Source: Candidatus Latescibacterota bacterium (GTDB lineage: Bacteria; Latescibacterota; UBA2968; UBA8231). Taken from it: DNA of 64,000 nt. Location: NCBI GenBank assembly GCA_965208105.1, contig OZ242318.1, positions 1,376,001 through 1,440,000 on the forward strand, read 5' to 3'. A program made the position numbers and the translations under genes. Below, piece after piece: positions 11,549-22,040 of the stretch. Position 1 is the stretch's first letter; the number at the start of each line of letters is the position of its first letter. Under the pieces are notes generated by a model, which was not told the DNA's origin, made no database searches, and saw only the letters and a program-made list of their open reading frames with translations.

Positions 11549-12385
11549 TCAGTCATTGCGACCGGTTATGGCCTCGGCCATGCGCACGGCGCGCACCGTC
11601 TCCCGCACATCGTGCACCCGCAGTATGTGGACACCTCTGGCCACACTGAGAGCGGCAACGGCCAGGCTGCCCTCGAGGCTTTCTTCAGGGGTCAATCCCA
11701 GCAGCTTCCAGATGAAGGACTTGCGCGAGGATCCAAGGAGTACGGGGCATCCCATATCGGACAGGACGTCGAGGTGCTGAATGACGGCGAGGTTGTCCCT
11801 TGGGGACTTGCCGAAACCGATTCCCGGGTCCAGGGCCAATCGATCCCGGGACAGACCTGCGGCCCGGGCGGCGGCAACGCGCTCCGCCAGGAAGCCCTTG
11901 AGTTCACCCAGGAGGTTGGCATAGGGTCCGGGTGCTCGGCCGTGACCATGCATCAGAATTACCGGAGCTGCCCCGGCAGCGGCTACTTCGACCATCCCGG
12001 GGTCGGCGCACAGGGCGCTGATGTCATTGATGACATCGCCCCCGGCGAGCAAGGCCTGCCGAGCCACCTCGGCCTTGGTCGTATCCACCGAGATGGGAAC
12101 CGCGCTGTATCGGCGCATCTCTTCGACCACCGGAACCACGCGTTCGCACTCCTCGGATACACCCACCGGCCGGACCTCGCCGTAGAGGGGAGGACGCGAG
12201 GACTCTCCGCCAACATCGATGATGTCGGCGCCTTCTTCGACCATCTGCAGGCCACGCTCCACCGCGGCCTTGCGCTCATGGTAACGGCCTCCATCGAAAA
12301 AGGAGTCGGGAGTTACGTTGAGAATGCCCATGATCTGCACGCGGGAGTGGAAGTCCATGCTGCGGCTTCCCAGGGTCCAGATCAT
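11549..12385 (-). CDS. folP: Dihydropteroate synthase
   Basis: MGILNVTPDSFFDGG, DVGGESSRP, ISVDT, DPGIGFGK, SRKSF, RVHDV. Confidence 0.97.
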   Translation of the reverse strand: MIWTLGSRSMDFHSRVQIMGILNVTPDSFFDGGRYHERKAAVERGLQMVEEGADIIDVGGESSRPPLYGEVRPVGVSEECERVVPVVEEMRRYSAVPISVDTTKAEVARQALLAGGDVINDISALCADPGMVEVAAAGAAPVILMHGHGRAPGPYANLLGELKGFLAERVAAARAAGLSRDRLALDPGIGFGKSPRDNLAVIQHLDVLSDMGCPVLLGSSRKSFIWKLLGLTPEESLEGSLAVAALSVARGVHILRVHDVRETVRAVRMAEAITGRND

Positions 12386-14403
12386 GTACCCTCTTCTCCA
12401 GTGGCCGGCGCCTCCTGGATTTCTTCATCTGCCGGGTTGCCCTTCGCCACGGACGGCTCTCCGCCCTCCACTTCCGGCGGTCCGAGCGCCAGGATGTTGT
12501 CGATCTCGGCATCATCCAGCATCTCGAATCGGAGCAGGGCATGGGCAAGAGCGTGCAGCTTGTCCTGGTTCTTCTCGAGGAGGCCCGCAGCGGTCTTCTC
12601 CGCGGTGATGACCAGATCCCTGATCTCCTGATCGATCGCCTGAGCGGTCTGTTCGCTGAAGTTCCGGGTCCGGGCGAACTCCTTGCCCAGGAAGACCTCC
12701 TCCTCCTCGTTCCCGAAGGAGAGCGGGCCGAGATGCTTGCTCATGCCCCACTCGCAGACCATGGAGCGCGCCAGGGCGGTCACCTGCTTGTAGTCGCCCT
12801 GGGCCCCGGTGCTGCGTTCCTTGAATATCAGGGACTCGGCACAACAGCCTCCAAGTGCCGTCGCCAGGTGGGTGCGCAGCCGGGTCTCCGAGACCGAGTG
12901 CCTCTCGTCTGCCAGGAAGGACACCATGCCCATGGTCTGACCGCGAGGAATGATGGTTGCCTTGTGAATGGGCTGGGCTCCGGGAAGGAGTTTCGCCACA
13001 ATGGCATGTCCCGCTTCGTGGTAGGCCGCCAGCCTCTTGTCCTCCTCACTCATCACCATGCTCTTGCGCTCCGCCCCCAGCATGATCTTGTCCTTGGCCT
13101 CGTCAAAATCGGCCATGACCACCTCCTGGCGGTTTCGCCGCGAAGCCAGCAGGGCAGCTTCGTTCGCCAGATTGGCCAGGTCGGCACCGGAAAGCCCCGG
13201 CGACCCCTGGGCTACCCGCTTCAGATCGACGTCGTCGGCCATGGGAATATGGCGGGTGTGAACCGCGAGAATCCCTTCGCGCCCACGCAGATCGGGCAGG
13301 TCCACTACAACCCTGCGATCGAAGCGCCCGGGGCGCAGCAGAGCAGGGTCCAGCACATCCGGACGGTTGGTAGCGGCGACCAGAATCACCCCGTCGTTGG
13401 ACTCGAAGCCGTCCATCTCCACCAGCAACTGATTCAGGGTCTGCTCGCGTTCGTCGTGACCACCGCCGATTCCGGCGCCCCGATGGCGGCCAACCGCGTC
13501 GATCTCGTCCATGAAGATGATGCATGGGGCATTGGCCTTGCCTTGCTCGAACAAATCGCGCACCCTGGATGCTCCCACCCCGACGAACATCTCGACGAAG
13601 TCCGAGCCGCTGATGCTGAAGAAGGGGACGCCCGCCTCTCCGGCTACCGCCCGGGCAAGATGGGTCTTGCCGGTCCCTGGAGGCCCTACCAGAAGGACCC
13701 CCTTGGGGATACGGCCTCCCAAACGCTGGAACTTCTTTGGGTCCTTCAGGAATTCGATGATCTCCTCCAGCTCCTGCTTGGCCTCGTCGGCTCCGGCCAC
13801 GTCCCTGAAGGTCGTCTTCTCCTTCTCCTCCATGAGGAGCCTTGCCCTGCTCTTCCCGAAGGAGAACAGACCCCTGGCCCCACCTTGCATCTGCCGCAGC
13901 ATGAATAGCCAGAAGGCGATGAAAAGCAACCAGGGAAGGAAACTCAGCATCAGGTTGTACCACTGGAAGGGCTTCTCCTTGAACCTGAAATCGAGCCCCA
14001 TTTCCTCCCATTCGCGCTTGGTCGCCGCATCGATGGGTCCCAGGTTGACCACGAACTTGCCACCGTTGTACAGAGTCCCGTGGAATTCGCTTTCGCCGAC
14101 CACCATGCCTTCGGCGATTTCCCCGGTCTTCAGGTATTCCCTGAACTCTTTGTAGGAAATATTCCTCGCATCGGAGGGCATGCTGCCAAAAAATTTGGCC
14201 GCAAAGACCAGGACCAGAATCAAAAGAATCCAGGCTGCCTGGGTCCTTGAGGGACGGCGCCAGCGGTTTTCCCTGTCTTCATGCCTTTTGCGGTCCCCCT
14301 GCGCGACCCCCGGCGACCTCTGCCTCTCGGACGGGGAATTCTCCTGTACATCATCGGGGGTCCGGGAGGTCCTGCTGTTTTTCTCTTCGCTGTTCTCGGT
14401 CAT
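12382..14403 (-). CDS. ftsH: ATP-dependent zinc metalloprotease FtsH
   Basis: Two TM segments, [27 protein letters not shown]. Confidence 0.98.
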   Translation of the reverse strand: MTENSEEKNSRTSRTPDDVQENSPSERQRSPGVAQGDRKRHEDRENRWRRPSRTQAAWILLILVLVFAAKFFGSMPSDARNISYKEFREYLKTGEIAEGMVVGESEFHGTLYNGGKFVVNLGPIDAATKREWEEMGLDFRFKEKPFQWYNLMLSFLPWLLFIAFWLFMLRQMQGGARGLFSFGKSRARLLMEEKEKTTFRDVAGADEAKQELEEIIEFLKDPKKFQRLGGRIPKGVLLVGPPGTGKTHLARAVAGEAGVPFFSISGSDFVEMFVGVGASRVRDLFEQGKANAPCIIFMDEIDAVGRHRGAGIGGGHDEREQTLNQLLVEMDGFESNDGVILVAATNRPDVLDPALLRPGRFDRRVVVDLPDLRGREGILAVHTRHIPMADDVDLKRVAQGSPGLSGADLANLANEAALLASRRNRQEVVMADFDEAKDKIMLGAERKSMVMSEEDKRLAAYHEAGHAIVAKLLPGAQPIHKATIIPRGQTMGMVSFLADERHSVSETRLRTHLATALGGCCAESLIFKERSTGAQGDYKQVTALARSMVCEWGMSKHLGPLSFGNEEEEVFLGKEFARTRNFSEQTAQAIDQEIRDLVITAEKTAAGLLEKNQDKLHALAHALLRFEMLDDAEIDNILALGPPEVEGGEPSVAKGNPADEEIQEAPATGEEGT

Positions 14404-14427
14404 CGCGATGGTCTTCCGTAAGCCCGT

Positions 14428-15849
14428 TCAGCAGGGGTTCCGCTTCAGCTCCACCAGCAGAATTTCCCGCGTGGCTTCGCCAACCCGGCAACGGTGGCTG
14501 GCGCGCATCCCTACTACCCAGAGGATCTCCTCCCCCCTGGTCAGCAGCATGACTTCGTCCCGCAGAATGCGCGGCCATTTCACGTCGATGAGGTAATCGC
14601 TCACCTTCTTGTGGCCTTTCATTCCCAGGGGTTGAAATCGGTCGCCGCCCCTGGGGCTGCGCAACAGAAGTTGCGCTCCGGCCAGGTCCCAGTCAAAGGC
14701 GGCTCGCGATTGTCCGAGCCTGGGTTTCAACTGGGGGAAGCGGCTGACGGGGAGAAGCCGGGTCTTCAGGGAAACTCCATGGGAGCGAATCCCGGTTTCG
14801 CCGGGGACATGGATGGGGAATTCCACAGGCGGCGGAGCTCCGCGGCTCAAAATAAACCGCTCCCCGGAGTGCTGGCTCCACAACTTCGATGATATCTGGC
14901 GCAGTCTGCCATCCCGCTGCCGGACCATGCCGAGAACGGTTTCAACACGGGCAAAATCAAAAGGCCCTTCGCGCTTGGAAAGGCCCTGAGTTAGCGTTCT
15001 GATCACCCGCCTCTGTATCGCTATAGGATAATTCAGAATTCGCTCCCTATCAAGGACAATCTTGCGGGCAGAGCGCTCGCAAACCACTGCGTTCAAAGCA
15101 GCTAGGGCCCTATCGGCAAGGAAGCGATTCTCCTCCCTGGCAATCTGCGCGGTGCGTCCGAGGGTGGCGACAATGTTGGGGTTGTGGTGCCTTTGCAGGT
15201 AGGGGAGGAGCTGGTGGCGCACTCTATTGCGCGCAAAGCGCAGGTCCCTGTTGGTACTGTCTTCGCGAAAGGAAATGCCGCAAGCACAGGCGTAGGTCTC
15301 GATCGCGGAACGCTCGAAGGACAAAAGGGGACGGATATAGCGTTCATCGCGCACCTGGTCCATGGCGCCAAGGCCACCGGGGCCACTGCCCCGGAGAAGC
15401 CGAAGGAGCACCGTTTCGGCCTGGTCGCCGGCGTGGTGGCCCAGGGCGATTCTGGCCCCGCCCGATTCCATAGCGACCCTGTCCAGGAACTGGTATCGCA
15501 GATGGCGGGCGGCGGCTTCCAGGGAAAGCCGCTGCTGCCGCGCGAACTGGATCACGTCCAGAGAATCGCTGGTGCAAGCGAGGCCGCGTTTCCGGGCAGC
15601 GGCTTCGACGAAATCGCGGTCGGAGCCCGATTCGGGGCGCAGCCGGTGGTCGAGGTGGGCCACCTGGAGTTCCACTTCCAGGCATCCTCGGAGCTTGTCC
15701 AGGATGTCCAGCAGCACCATGGAATCAATTCCTCCCGAAACCGCTGCAACTACCCGTTCGCCTGGTTTCAGGCTCGCGCCAAGCTCCAACACCTGGCGCA
15801 CCTCTGCGACCATTCCTCCAATTTCCCGATCGCAACGGCTCTGGGCCAC
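14428..15849 (-). CDS. tilS: tRNA(Ile)-lysidine synthetase
   Basis: AVSGGIDS PP-loop, HLDHRLR, GHHAGDQAET, RNRVRH, C-terminal GDRFQPLGM. GTG start at 15849 chosen from the AGGAG RBS; alternatives run up to 15903. Confidence 0.95.
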   Translation of the reverse strand: MAQSRCDREIGGMVAEVRQVLELGASLKPGERVVAAVSGGIDSMVLLDILDKLRGCLEVELQVAHLDHRLRPESGSDRDFVEAAARKRGLACTSDSLDVIQFARQQRLSLEAAARHLRYQFLDRVAMESGGARIALGHHAGDQAETVLLRLLRGSGPGGLGAMDQVRDERYIRPLLSFERSAIETYACACGISFREDSTNRDLRFARNRVRHQLLPYLQRHHNPNIVATLGRTAQIAREENRFLADRALAALNAVVCERSARKIVLDRERILNYPIAIQRRVIRTLTQGLSKREGPFDFARVETVLGMVRQRDGRLRQISSKLWSQHSGERFILSRGAPPPVEFPIHVPGETGIRSHGVSLKTRLLPVSRFPQLKPRLGQSRAAFDWDLAGAQLLLRSPRGGDRFQPLGMKGHKKVSDYLIDVKWPRILRDEVMLLTRGEEILWVVGMRASHRCRVGEATREILLVELKRNPC

Positions 15850-15948
15850 AATCCCTTCTCCTGATAGTGTGCCACTCATTGCAGAGGAGGAAGCATCCCG
15901 CACCCCGGGGAGGATCGATAATCGTTCGAGGAGGCGGTAATCACACCT

Positions 15949-18900
15949 TCAATTCGACACTGTAATTCCCGCTAGGGCAGTCCAGACACTTACCCTGTCG
16001 TCCACGTCCCGTGCCCGCACGCGATAGTAGTAGGTCTCCCCCCGCCTTACGGAATCGTCCTCCCTGGAGGTGCTGAGGTCGTTGGGCAGAATATCCACGA
16101 AATCGCCGTCCTCCATGCTGCCGGGGACTGAAGTGCGCTGCACCTCGTAGTGGAGTATCGCGCCTGATGCCGCCGTCCAGCTAATGGTAACGACCGGCGG
16201 ATGCAGCAGGTTGGAAGGGGTGGTCGAAGAAACGGACACGTTCTTGGGAGGATCGACCCCTCCTGTCGTCAGGGGAGTCGTTGCCGAGCGCGGGCTCGAG
16301 TTCCCCGCCGGATCCACTGCTTCGACCTGGTAGAAATAGGTCGTCAACTCCTTGAGACCTGTATCGACGAATGCAGCCTCCGTCGCTGTTCCCACCAGTT
16401 TGAAGGGCCCGTCCTCATCGGGGGAGCGGTAGATTTGAAAGCCCTGCAAGCCCGTCAGTCTGCCTCCGGCGGCGTCGGTGTTGGGCGCCGTCCAGGTAAT
16501 TTCCAGCATCGAGGGATCTTCCGCCAGGGGAACACCTTCCAGGAAGGTCGGCGCCCCGGGAGGACTGTAGTCGGTCAGGACCGTGGTTCCGACGAATGCG
16601 GAAAGCCCGCTTTCACCCTGCGAAGTCAGAACGCTGACCCTGTAGAAGTAGACATCTCCCGCCGCGAGCCCCGCATCAGTATAAGCCGTCTGGCCCGTGG
16701 TGAAGGGCGCGCCCTCCAGCCCCTCCAGGCGCTCGTAGCCCGCGTCCGAGCGCGAAGAGCGATACACGTTGTAGCCGCGCAGGTCCGTCTCTGCGCTCGC
16801 CTCCCACTCCAGCAGCACCCGCCCGATCTCCCCGGTCGCCCGCAGACCCGCAGGCGGAGCGATGCCCCCCGTCTCCACCGTCACCGGCTGCGAGCGCGTC
16901 CCCGGGTTGCCCGAGCCGTCGAAGCCAACCACCGCATAGCCATAGCGGCGAAGCTCCTCCAGGCCCCGGTCCACGAAGCTGTGCACCCCCGAGCCCAGTG
17001 TATCCACCACCGCGAACGATCCTCCCTCTTCCGAGCGCAGCACCACATAGCCCGCCAATCCCGTCAGCTCGCCCCCGTCAGCATCCGAGCGCGGAGCCTC
17101 CCACGACAGCCGCACCTCCCCCACCGCTCCCGGCTCCACCACCACCGACAGGTTCGACGGTGCCCCAGGCCCCACCTCGTCCGCCAGCACCGTCGCGCCA
17201 ACGAAGCCCGACGCCGCGCTCTCCCGCCGGGACGTCACCGCCGTCACCCGGTAGAAATACCGGCCCCCCGCAGATACGCTCGAATCCACGTAGCTGACCT
17301 GCCCCGTGGTGAAGGACCCGCCCTCCAGCCCATCCAGGCGCTCGTAGCCCGCGTCCGAGCGCGGCGAGCGATACACGTTGTAGCCCTGAAGATCCGTCTC
17401 TGCGCTCGCCTCCCACTGCAGCAGCACCCGCCCGATCTCCCCGGTCGCCCGCAGACCCGCAGGCGGAGCGATGCCTCCCGTCTCGACCGTCACCGGCTGC
17501 GAGCGCGTCCCCGGGTTGCCCGAGCCGTCGAAGCCCACCACCGCGTAGCCATAGCGGCGAAGCTCCTCCAGGCCCCGGTCCACGAAGCGGTGCACCCCCG
17601 CGCCCAGTGTATCCACCACCGCGAACGATCCTCCCTCCTCCGAGCGCAGCACCACGTACCCCGCCAACCCCGTCAGCTCGCCTCCGTCCGCGTCCGAGCG
17701 CGGAGCCTCCCACGACAGCCGCACCTCCCCCACCGCTCCCGGCTCCACCACCGCCGACAGATTCGACGGTGCCCCAGGCCCCACCTCGTCGGCCAGAACC
17801 GTCGCCCCCACGAAGCCCGACGCCGAGCTCTCCCGCCGGGACGTCACCGCCGTCACCCGGTAGAAATACCGGCCCCCCGCCGCCACGCTCGAATCCACGT
17901 AGCTGACCTGCCCCGTGGTGAAGGACCCGCCCTCCATCCCATCCAGGCGCTCGTAGCCCGCGTCCGAGCGCGAAGAGCGATACACGTTGTAGCCGCGCAG
18001 GTCCGTCTCTGCGCTCGCCTCCCACTCCAGCAGCACCCGCCCGATCTCCCCGGTCGCCCGCAGACCCGCAGGCGGAGCGATGCCCCCCGTCTCGACCGTC
18101 ACCGGCTGCGAGCGCGTCCCCGGGTTGCCCGAGCCGTCGAAGCCAACCACCGCATAGCCATAGCGGCGAAGCTCCTCCAGGCCCCGGTCCACGAAGCTGT
18201 GCACCCCCGAGCCCAGTGTATCCACCACCGCGAACGATCCTCCCTCTTCCGAGCGCAGCACCACATAGCCCGCCAATCCCGTCAGCTCGCCCCCGTCAGC
18301 GTCCGAGCGCGGAGCCTCCCACGACAGCCGCACCTCCCCCACCGCTCCCGGCTCCACCACCACCGACAGGTTCGACGGTGCCCCTGGCCCCACCTCGTCC
18401 GCCAGCACCGTCGCGCCAACGAAGCCCGACGCCGCGCTCTCCCGCCGGGACGTCACCGCCGTCACCCGGTAGAAATACCGGCCCCCCGCAGATACGCTCG
18501 AATCCACGTAGCTGACCTGCCCCGTGGTGAAGGACCCGCCCTCCAGCCCATCCAGGCGCTCGTAGCCCGCGTCCGAGCGCGGCGAGCGATACACGTTGTA
18601 GCCCTGAAGATCCGTCTCTGCGCTCGCCTCCCACTGCAGCAGCACCCGCCCGATCTCCCCGGTCGCCCGCAGACCCGCAGGCGGAGCGATGCCTCCCGTC
18701 TCGACCGTCACCGGCTGCGAGCGCGTCCCTGGGTTGCCCGAGCCGTCGAAGCCAACCACCGCGTAGCCATAGCGGCGAAGCTCCTCCAGGCCCCGGTCCA
18801 CGAAGCGGTGCACCCCCGCGCCCAGTGTATCCACCACCGCGAACGATCCTCCCTCCTCCGAGCGCAGCACCACGTACCCCGCCAACCCCGTCAGCTCGCC

Positions 18901-21273
18901 TCCGTCCGCGTCCGAGCGCGGAGCCTCCCACGACAGCCGCACCTCCCCCACCGCTCCAGGATCCACCACCGCCGACAGGTTCGACGGAGCCCCTGGCCCC
19001 ACCTCGTCGGCCAGAACCGTCGCCCCCACGAAGCCCGACGCCGAGCTCTCCCGCCGCGATGTCACCGCCGTCACCCGGTAGAAATACCGGCCCCCCGCAG
19101 ATACGCTCGAATCCACGTAGCTGACCTGCCCCGTGGTGAAAGACCCGCCCTCCAGCCCATCCAGGCGCTCGTAGCCTGCGTCCGAGCGCGAAGAGCGATA
19201 CACGTTGTAGCCGCGCAGGTCCGTCTCTTCACTCGCCTCCCACTCCAGCAGCACCCGCCCGATCTCCCCGGTCGCCCGCAGGCCCGCAGGCGGAGCGATG
19301 CCCCCCGTCTCGACCGTCACCGGCTGCGAGCGCGTCCCCGGGTTGCCCGAGCCGTCGAAGCCCACCACCGCATAGCCATAGCGGCGAAGCTCCTCCAGGC
19401 CCCGGTCCACGAAGCGGTGCACCCCCGAGCCCAAGGTGTCGACCACCGCGAACGATCCTCCCTCCTCCGAGCGCAGCACCACGTACCCCGCCAACCCCGT
19501 CAGCTCGCCTCCGTTCGCGTCCGAGCGCGGAGCCTCCCACGACAGCCGCACCTCCCCCACCGCTCCCGGCTCCACCACCGCCGACAGATTCGACGGTGCC
19601 CCAGGCCCCACCTCGTCGGCCAGAACCGTCGCCCCCACGAAGCCCGACGCCGCGCTCTCCCGCCGGGACGTCACCGCCGTCACCCGGTAGAAATACCGGC
19701 CCCCCGCAGATACGCTCGAATCCACGTAGCTGACCTGTCCCGTGGTGAAGGACGCACCCTCCAGCCCCTCCAGGCGCTCGTAGCCCGCGTCCGAGCGCGA
19801 AGAGCGATACACGTTGTAGCCGCGCAGGTCCGTCTCTGCGCTCGCCTCCCACTGCAGCAGCACCCGCCCGATCTCCCCGGTCGCCCGCAGGCCCGCAGGC
19901 GGAGCGATACCCCCCGTCTCGACCGTCACCGGCTGCGAGCGCGTCCCCGGGTTGCCCGAGCCGTCGAAGCCCACCACCGCATAGCCATAGCGGCGAAGCT
20001 CCTCCAGGCCCCGGTCCACAAAGCTGTGCACTCCCGCGCCCAGTGTATCCACCACCGCGAACGATCCTCCCTCCTCCGAGCGCAGCACCACGTACCCCGC
20101 CAACCCCGTCAGCTCGCCCCCGTCCGCGTCCGAGCGCGGAGCCTCCCACGACAGCCGCACCTCCCCCACCGCTCCAGGATCCACCACCGCCGACAGGTTC
20201 GACGGAGCCCCTGGCCCCACCTCGTCCGCCAGCACCGTCGCGCCAACGAAGCCCGACGCCGAGCTCTCCCGCCGCGATGTCACCGCCGTCACCCGGTAGA
20301 AATACCGGCCCCCCGCCGCCACGCTCGAATCCACGTAGCTGACCTGCCCCGTGGTGAAGGACGCGCCCTCCAGCCCCTCCAGGCGCTCGTAGCCCGCGTC
20401 CGAGCGCGAAGAGCGATACACGTTGTACCCGCGCAGGTCCGTCTCTGCGCTCGCCTCCCACTCCAGCAGCACCCGCCCGATCTCCCCGGTCGCCCGCAGA
20501 CCCGCAGGCGGAGCGATGCCCCCCGTCTCCACCGTCACCGGCTGCGAGCGCGTCCCCGGGTTGCCCGAGCCGTCGAAGCCCACCACCGCATAGCCATAGC
20601 GGCGAAGCTCCTCCAGACCCCGGTCCACGTACACCCGCGTCTCCACCCCCAACGTATCCACCACCGCAAACGACCCTCCCTCCTCCGAGCGCAGCACCAC
20701 GTACCCCGCCAACCCCGTCAGCTCGCCTCCGTCAGCATCCGAGCGCGGAGCCTCCCACGACAGCCGCACCTCCCCCACCGCTCCCGGCTCCACCACCGCC
20801 GACAGGTTCGACGGAGCCCCAGGCCCCACCTCGTCGGCCAGCACCGTCGCCCCCACGAAGCCCGATCGTTCGCTGTGGAGGTTCATGGTGTCGACGGCGG
20901 CGACGCGGTAATAAAAGGTCTTTCCGGCAAGGTCAGGGGATCCGGCGAACTCCAGCGAGTCGATGAAGCTCGTCAGTGCGGTGGTTGTTCGCGCTCGCGA
21001 TGTGGTATCGCCTTTCTGGGAGATGAATTCGTACTCGCCATCCGAACGGGGGGCACGGAACAGCGCATATCCTGCCAGGTCCCTGTCGACAACCGGTTGC
21101 CAGTTCAATAGAATTCGGTTCACTCCCGGCTTGGCCGTCAGTCCCTGGGGCGTGGGAGGAGATTTTCTCAGCGAGGTGGATTGCGGATCTATGGGGTTGC
21201 TGCGCTCGCGGTCACAGCCAAGCATGATCAGCATGGCTGCTGCCGGGACGAGTGCACGGAAAGGGCGCTTCAT
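15949..21273 (-). CDS. Giant lipoprotein with tandem fibronectin type III domains
   Basis: Signal peptide with lipobox LIMLG-C. Repeated FN3 hallmarks (P..P.NL, L.W..P, GY.V.RS, D..L....Y.Y.V.A). AGGAG RBS before ATG 21273. Confidence 0.88.
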   Translation of the reverse strand: MKRPFRALVPAAAMLIMLGCDRERSNPIDPQSTSLRKSPPTPQGLTAKPGVNRILLNWQPVVDRDLAGYALFRAPRSDGEYEFISQKGDTTSRARTTTALTSFIDSLEFAGSPDLAGKTFYYRVAAVDTMNLHSERSGFVGATVLADEVGPGAPSNLSAVVEPGAVGEVRLSWEAPRSDADGGELTGLAGYVVLRSEEGGSFAVVDTLGVETRVYVDRGLEELRRYGYAVVGFDGSGNPGTRSQPVTVETGGIAPPAGLRATGEIGRVLLEWEASAETDLRGYNVYRSSRSDAGYERLEGLEGASFTTGQVSYVDSSVAAGGRYFYRVTAVTSRRESSASGFVGATVLADEVGPGAPSNLSAVVDPGAVGEVRLSWEAPRSDADGGELTGLAGYVVLRSEEGGSFAVVDTLGAGVHSFVDRGLEELRRYGYAVVGFDGSGNPGTRSQPVTVETGGIAPPAGLRATGEIGRVLLQWEASAETDLRGYNVYRSSRSDAGYERLEGLEGASFTTGQVSYVDSSVSAGGRYFYRVTAVTSRRESAASGFVGATVLADEVGPGAPSNLSAVVEPGAVGEVRLSWEAPRSDANGGELTGLAGYVVLRSEEGGSFAVVDTLGSGVHRFVDRGLEELRRYGYAVVGFDGSGNPGTRSQPVTVETGGIAPPAGLRATGEIGRVLLEWEASEETDLRGYNVYRSSRSDAGYERLDGLEGGSFTTGQVSYVDSSVSAGGRYFYRVTAVTSRRESSASGFVGATVLADEVGPGAPSNLSAVVDPGAVGEVRLSWEAPRSDADGGELTGLAGYVVLRSEEGGSFAVVDTLGAGVHRFVDRGLEELRRYGYAVVGFDGSGNPGTRSQPVTVETGGIAPPAGLRATGEIGRVLLQWEASAETDLQGYNVYRSPRSDAGYERLDGLEGGSFTTGQVSYVDSSVSAGGRYFYRVTAVTSRRESAASGFVGATVLADEVGPGAPSNLSVVVEPGAVGEVRLSWEAPRSDADGGELTGLAGYVVLRSEEGGSFAVVDTLGSGVHSFVDRGLEELRRYGYAVVGFDGSGNPGTRSQPVTVETGGIAPPAGLRATGEIGRVLLEWEASAETDLRGYNVYRSSRSDAGYERLDGMEGGSFTTGQVSYVDSSVAAGGRYFYRVTAVTSRRESSASGFVGATVLADEVGPGAPSNLSAVVEPGAVGEVRLSWEAPRSDADGGELTGLAGYVVLRSEEGGSFAVVDTLGAGVHRFVDRGLEELRRYGYAVVGFDGSGNPGTRSQPVTVETGGIAPPAGLRATGEIGRVLLQWEASAETDLQGYNVYRSPRSDAGYERLDGLEGGSFTTGQVSYVDSSVSAGGRYFYRVTAVTSRRESAASGFVGATVLADEVGPGAPSNLSVVVEPGAVGEVRLSWEAPRSDADGGELTGLAGYVVLRSEEGGSFAVVDTLGSGVHSFVDRGLEELRRYGYAVVGFDGSGNPGTRSQPVTVETGGIAPPAGLRATGEIGRVLLEWEASAETDLRGYNVYRSSRSDAGYERLEGLEGAPFTTGQTAYTDAGLAAGDVYFYRVSVLTSQGESGLSAFVGTTVLTDYSPPGAPTFLEGVPLAEDPSMLEITWTAPNTDAAGGRLTGLQGFQIYRSPDEDGPFKLVGTATEAAFVDTGLKELTTYFYQVEAVDPAGNSSPRSATTPLTTGGVDPPKNVSVSSTTPSNLLHPPVVTISWTAASGAILHYEVQRTSVPGSMEDGDFVDILPNDLSTSREDDSVRRGETYYYRVRARDVDDRVSVWTALAGITVSN
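16690..20865 (-). repeat. Intragenic tandem repeat, ~7 x 609 bp (203 aa, two FN3 domains per unit)
   Basis: CCCACCTCGTC recurs at about 17171, 17780, 18389, 18998, 19607, 20216 and 20825 (period 609). Units are nearly identical at DNA level. Confidence 0.95.
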
Positions 21274-21366
21274 GGAAGCTCCTACCAAAAAGTCCAAGAC
21301 GATGTGCTTTCAATTATCCTGGGAAGGAAGAGGAAAGGAGAAGAAGACCTCCGGGAAGAGACAGCC

Positions 21367-21822
21367 TCAGAAAAAAACCCAAATTTTCTTCAAGCCGAAG
21401 CCCATGCCCGGACGGGAGATACCAGGGTCGAATCTATATCCACCATCCTTCGCGCCGGCGGAAAAAACCCGGCGCTCGTTGGATTTGGCCTCTCTCTCCT
21501 CGCTAAACAGCAGGCGCGCCCCGCTGACGGCAAAAGCGGCGCCCAAGGCCCAGCTCACCTGGCTCTTGACGTCCCGATTGGTGGTGCGTCGGTAAAGCTG
21601 GTCAGCCTCCACCGGATCGCTGGAAATTTCGTAGCGCCCGTACAGGTGATTCGCTTCCTTGCGCAAGTCGAATCCCTTCTTTACGAGCAGCGCACTGCTC
21701 CCCATGAACACCATGCCCAGGGAGCGTTTCAGCGTGAAAAAATTCCGGTCCTCGGCCTGGACTGACTGACTCGTGAACAACCAGCAAAAAAGGACCAATA
21801 CTGTAATCCTCAATCGTCCCAT
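21367..21822 (-). CDS. Hypothetical exported/membrane protein, upstream partner of the FN3 lipoprotein
   Basis: Signal peptide MGRLRITVLVLFCWLFTSQSVQA, two Gly/Ala-rich hydrophobic helices, aromatic C-terminus. Confidence 0.65.
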   Translation of the reverse strand: MGRLRITVLVLFCWLFTSQSVQAEDRNFFTLKRSLGMVFMGSSALLVKKGFDLRKEANHLYGRYEISSDPVEADQLYRRTTNRDVKSQVSWALGAAFAVSGARLLFSEEREAKSNERRVFSAGAKDGGYRFDPGISRPGMGFGLKKIWVFF

Positions 21823-21859
21823 ACATCCCTTGTTGCATTGCGGATTTACCTCTGGTTCT

Positions 21860-21888
21860 AGATTAGGGCCGAGGGTAAACTTTGTCAA
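21860..21888 (-). promoter_or_regulatory. Putative sigma70 promoter divergent from lexA
   Basis: Minus-strand TTGACA-N17-TAATCT. Confidence 0.55.
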
Positions 21889-21957
21889 CCGCCCTCTCCC
21901 CTTGCTGCGATCTTCTTTCGCCGCCGATTTCTTCCCGCCTGCGAATCCAGGCGGCAC

Positions 21958-21986
21958 TTGACAAATGAACTAATGTGCAGTAAAAT
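21958..21986 (+). promoter_or_regulatory. lexA promoter with candidate SOS box in the spacer
   Basis: TTGACA-N17-TAAAAT; the spacer contains TGAAC-TAAT-GTGCA (21966-21979). Confidence 0.75.
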
Positions 21987-22040
21987 AAAACTGTTCGGAC
22001 TTCCCCATCCCACCTTCATAATCTCCCAGAGGGTTGCACC

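Noticed and set aside
14404-14427. hpt is missing between tilS and ftsH
   Set aside because: Common gene-order variation with no remnant visible.
16690-20865. Possible CRISPR or DGR-type array
   Set aside because: The 609-bp units are in-frame coding repeats with no spacers, no adenine-specific variation, and no cas or reverse transcriptase nearby.
16201-21111. 1636-aa plus-strand ORF and many 99-410 aa ORFs over the repeat array
   Set aside because: Antisense or alternative-frame shadows of the GC-rich FN3 gene; Arg/Pro-rich with no domain signal.
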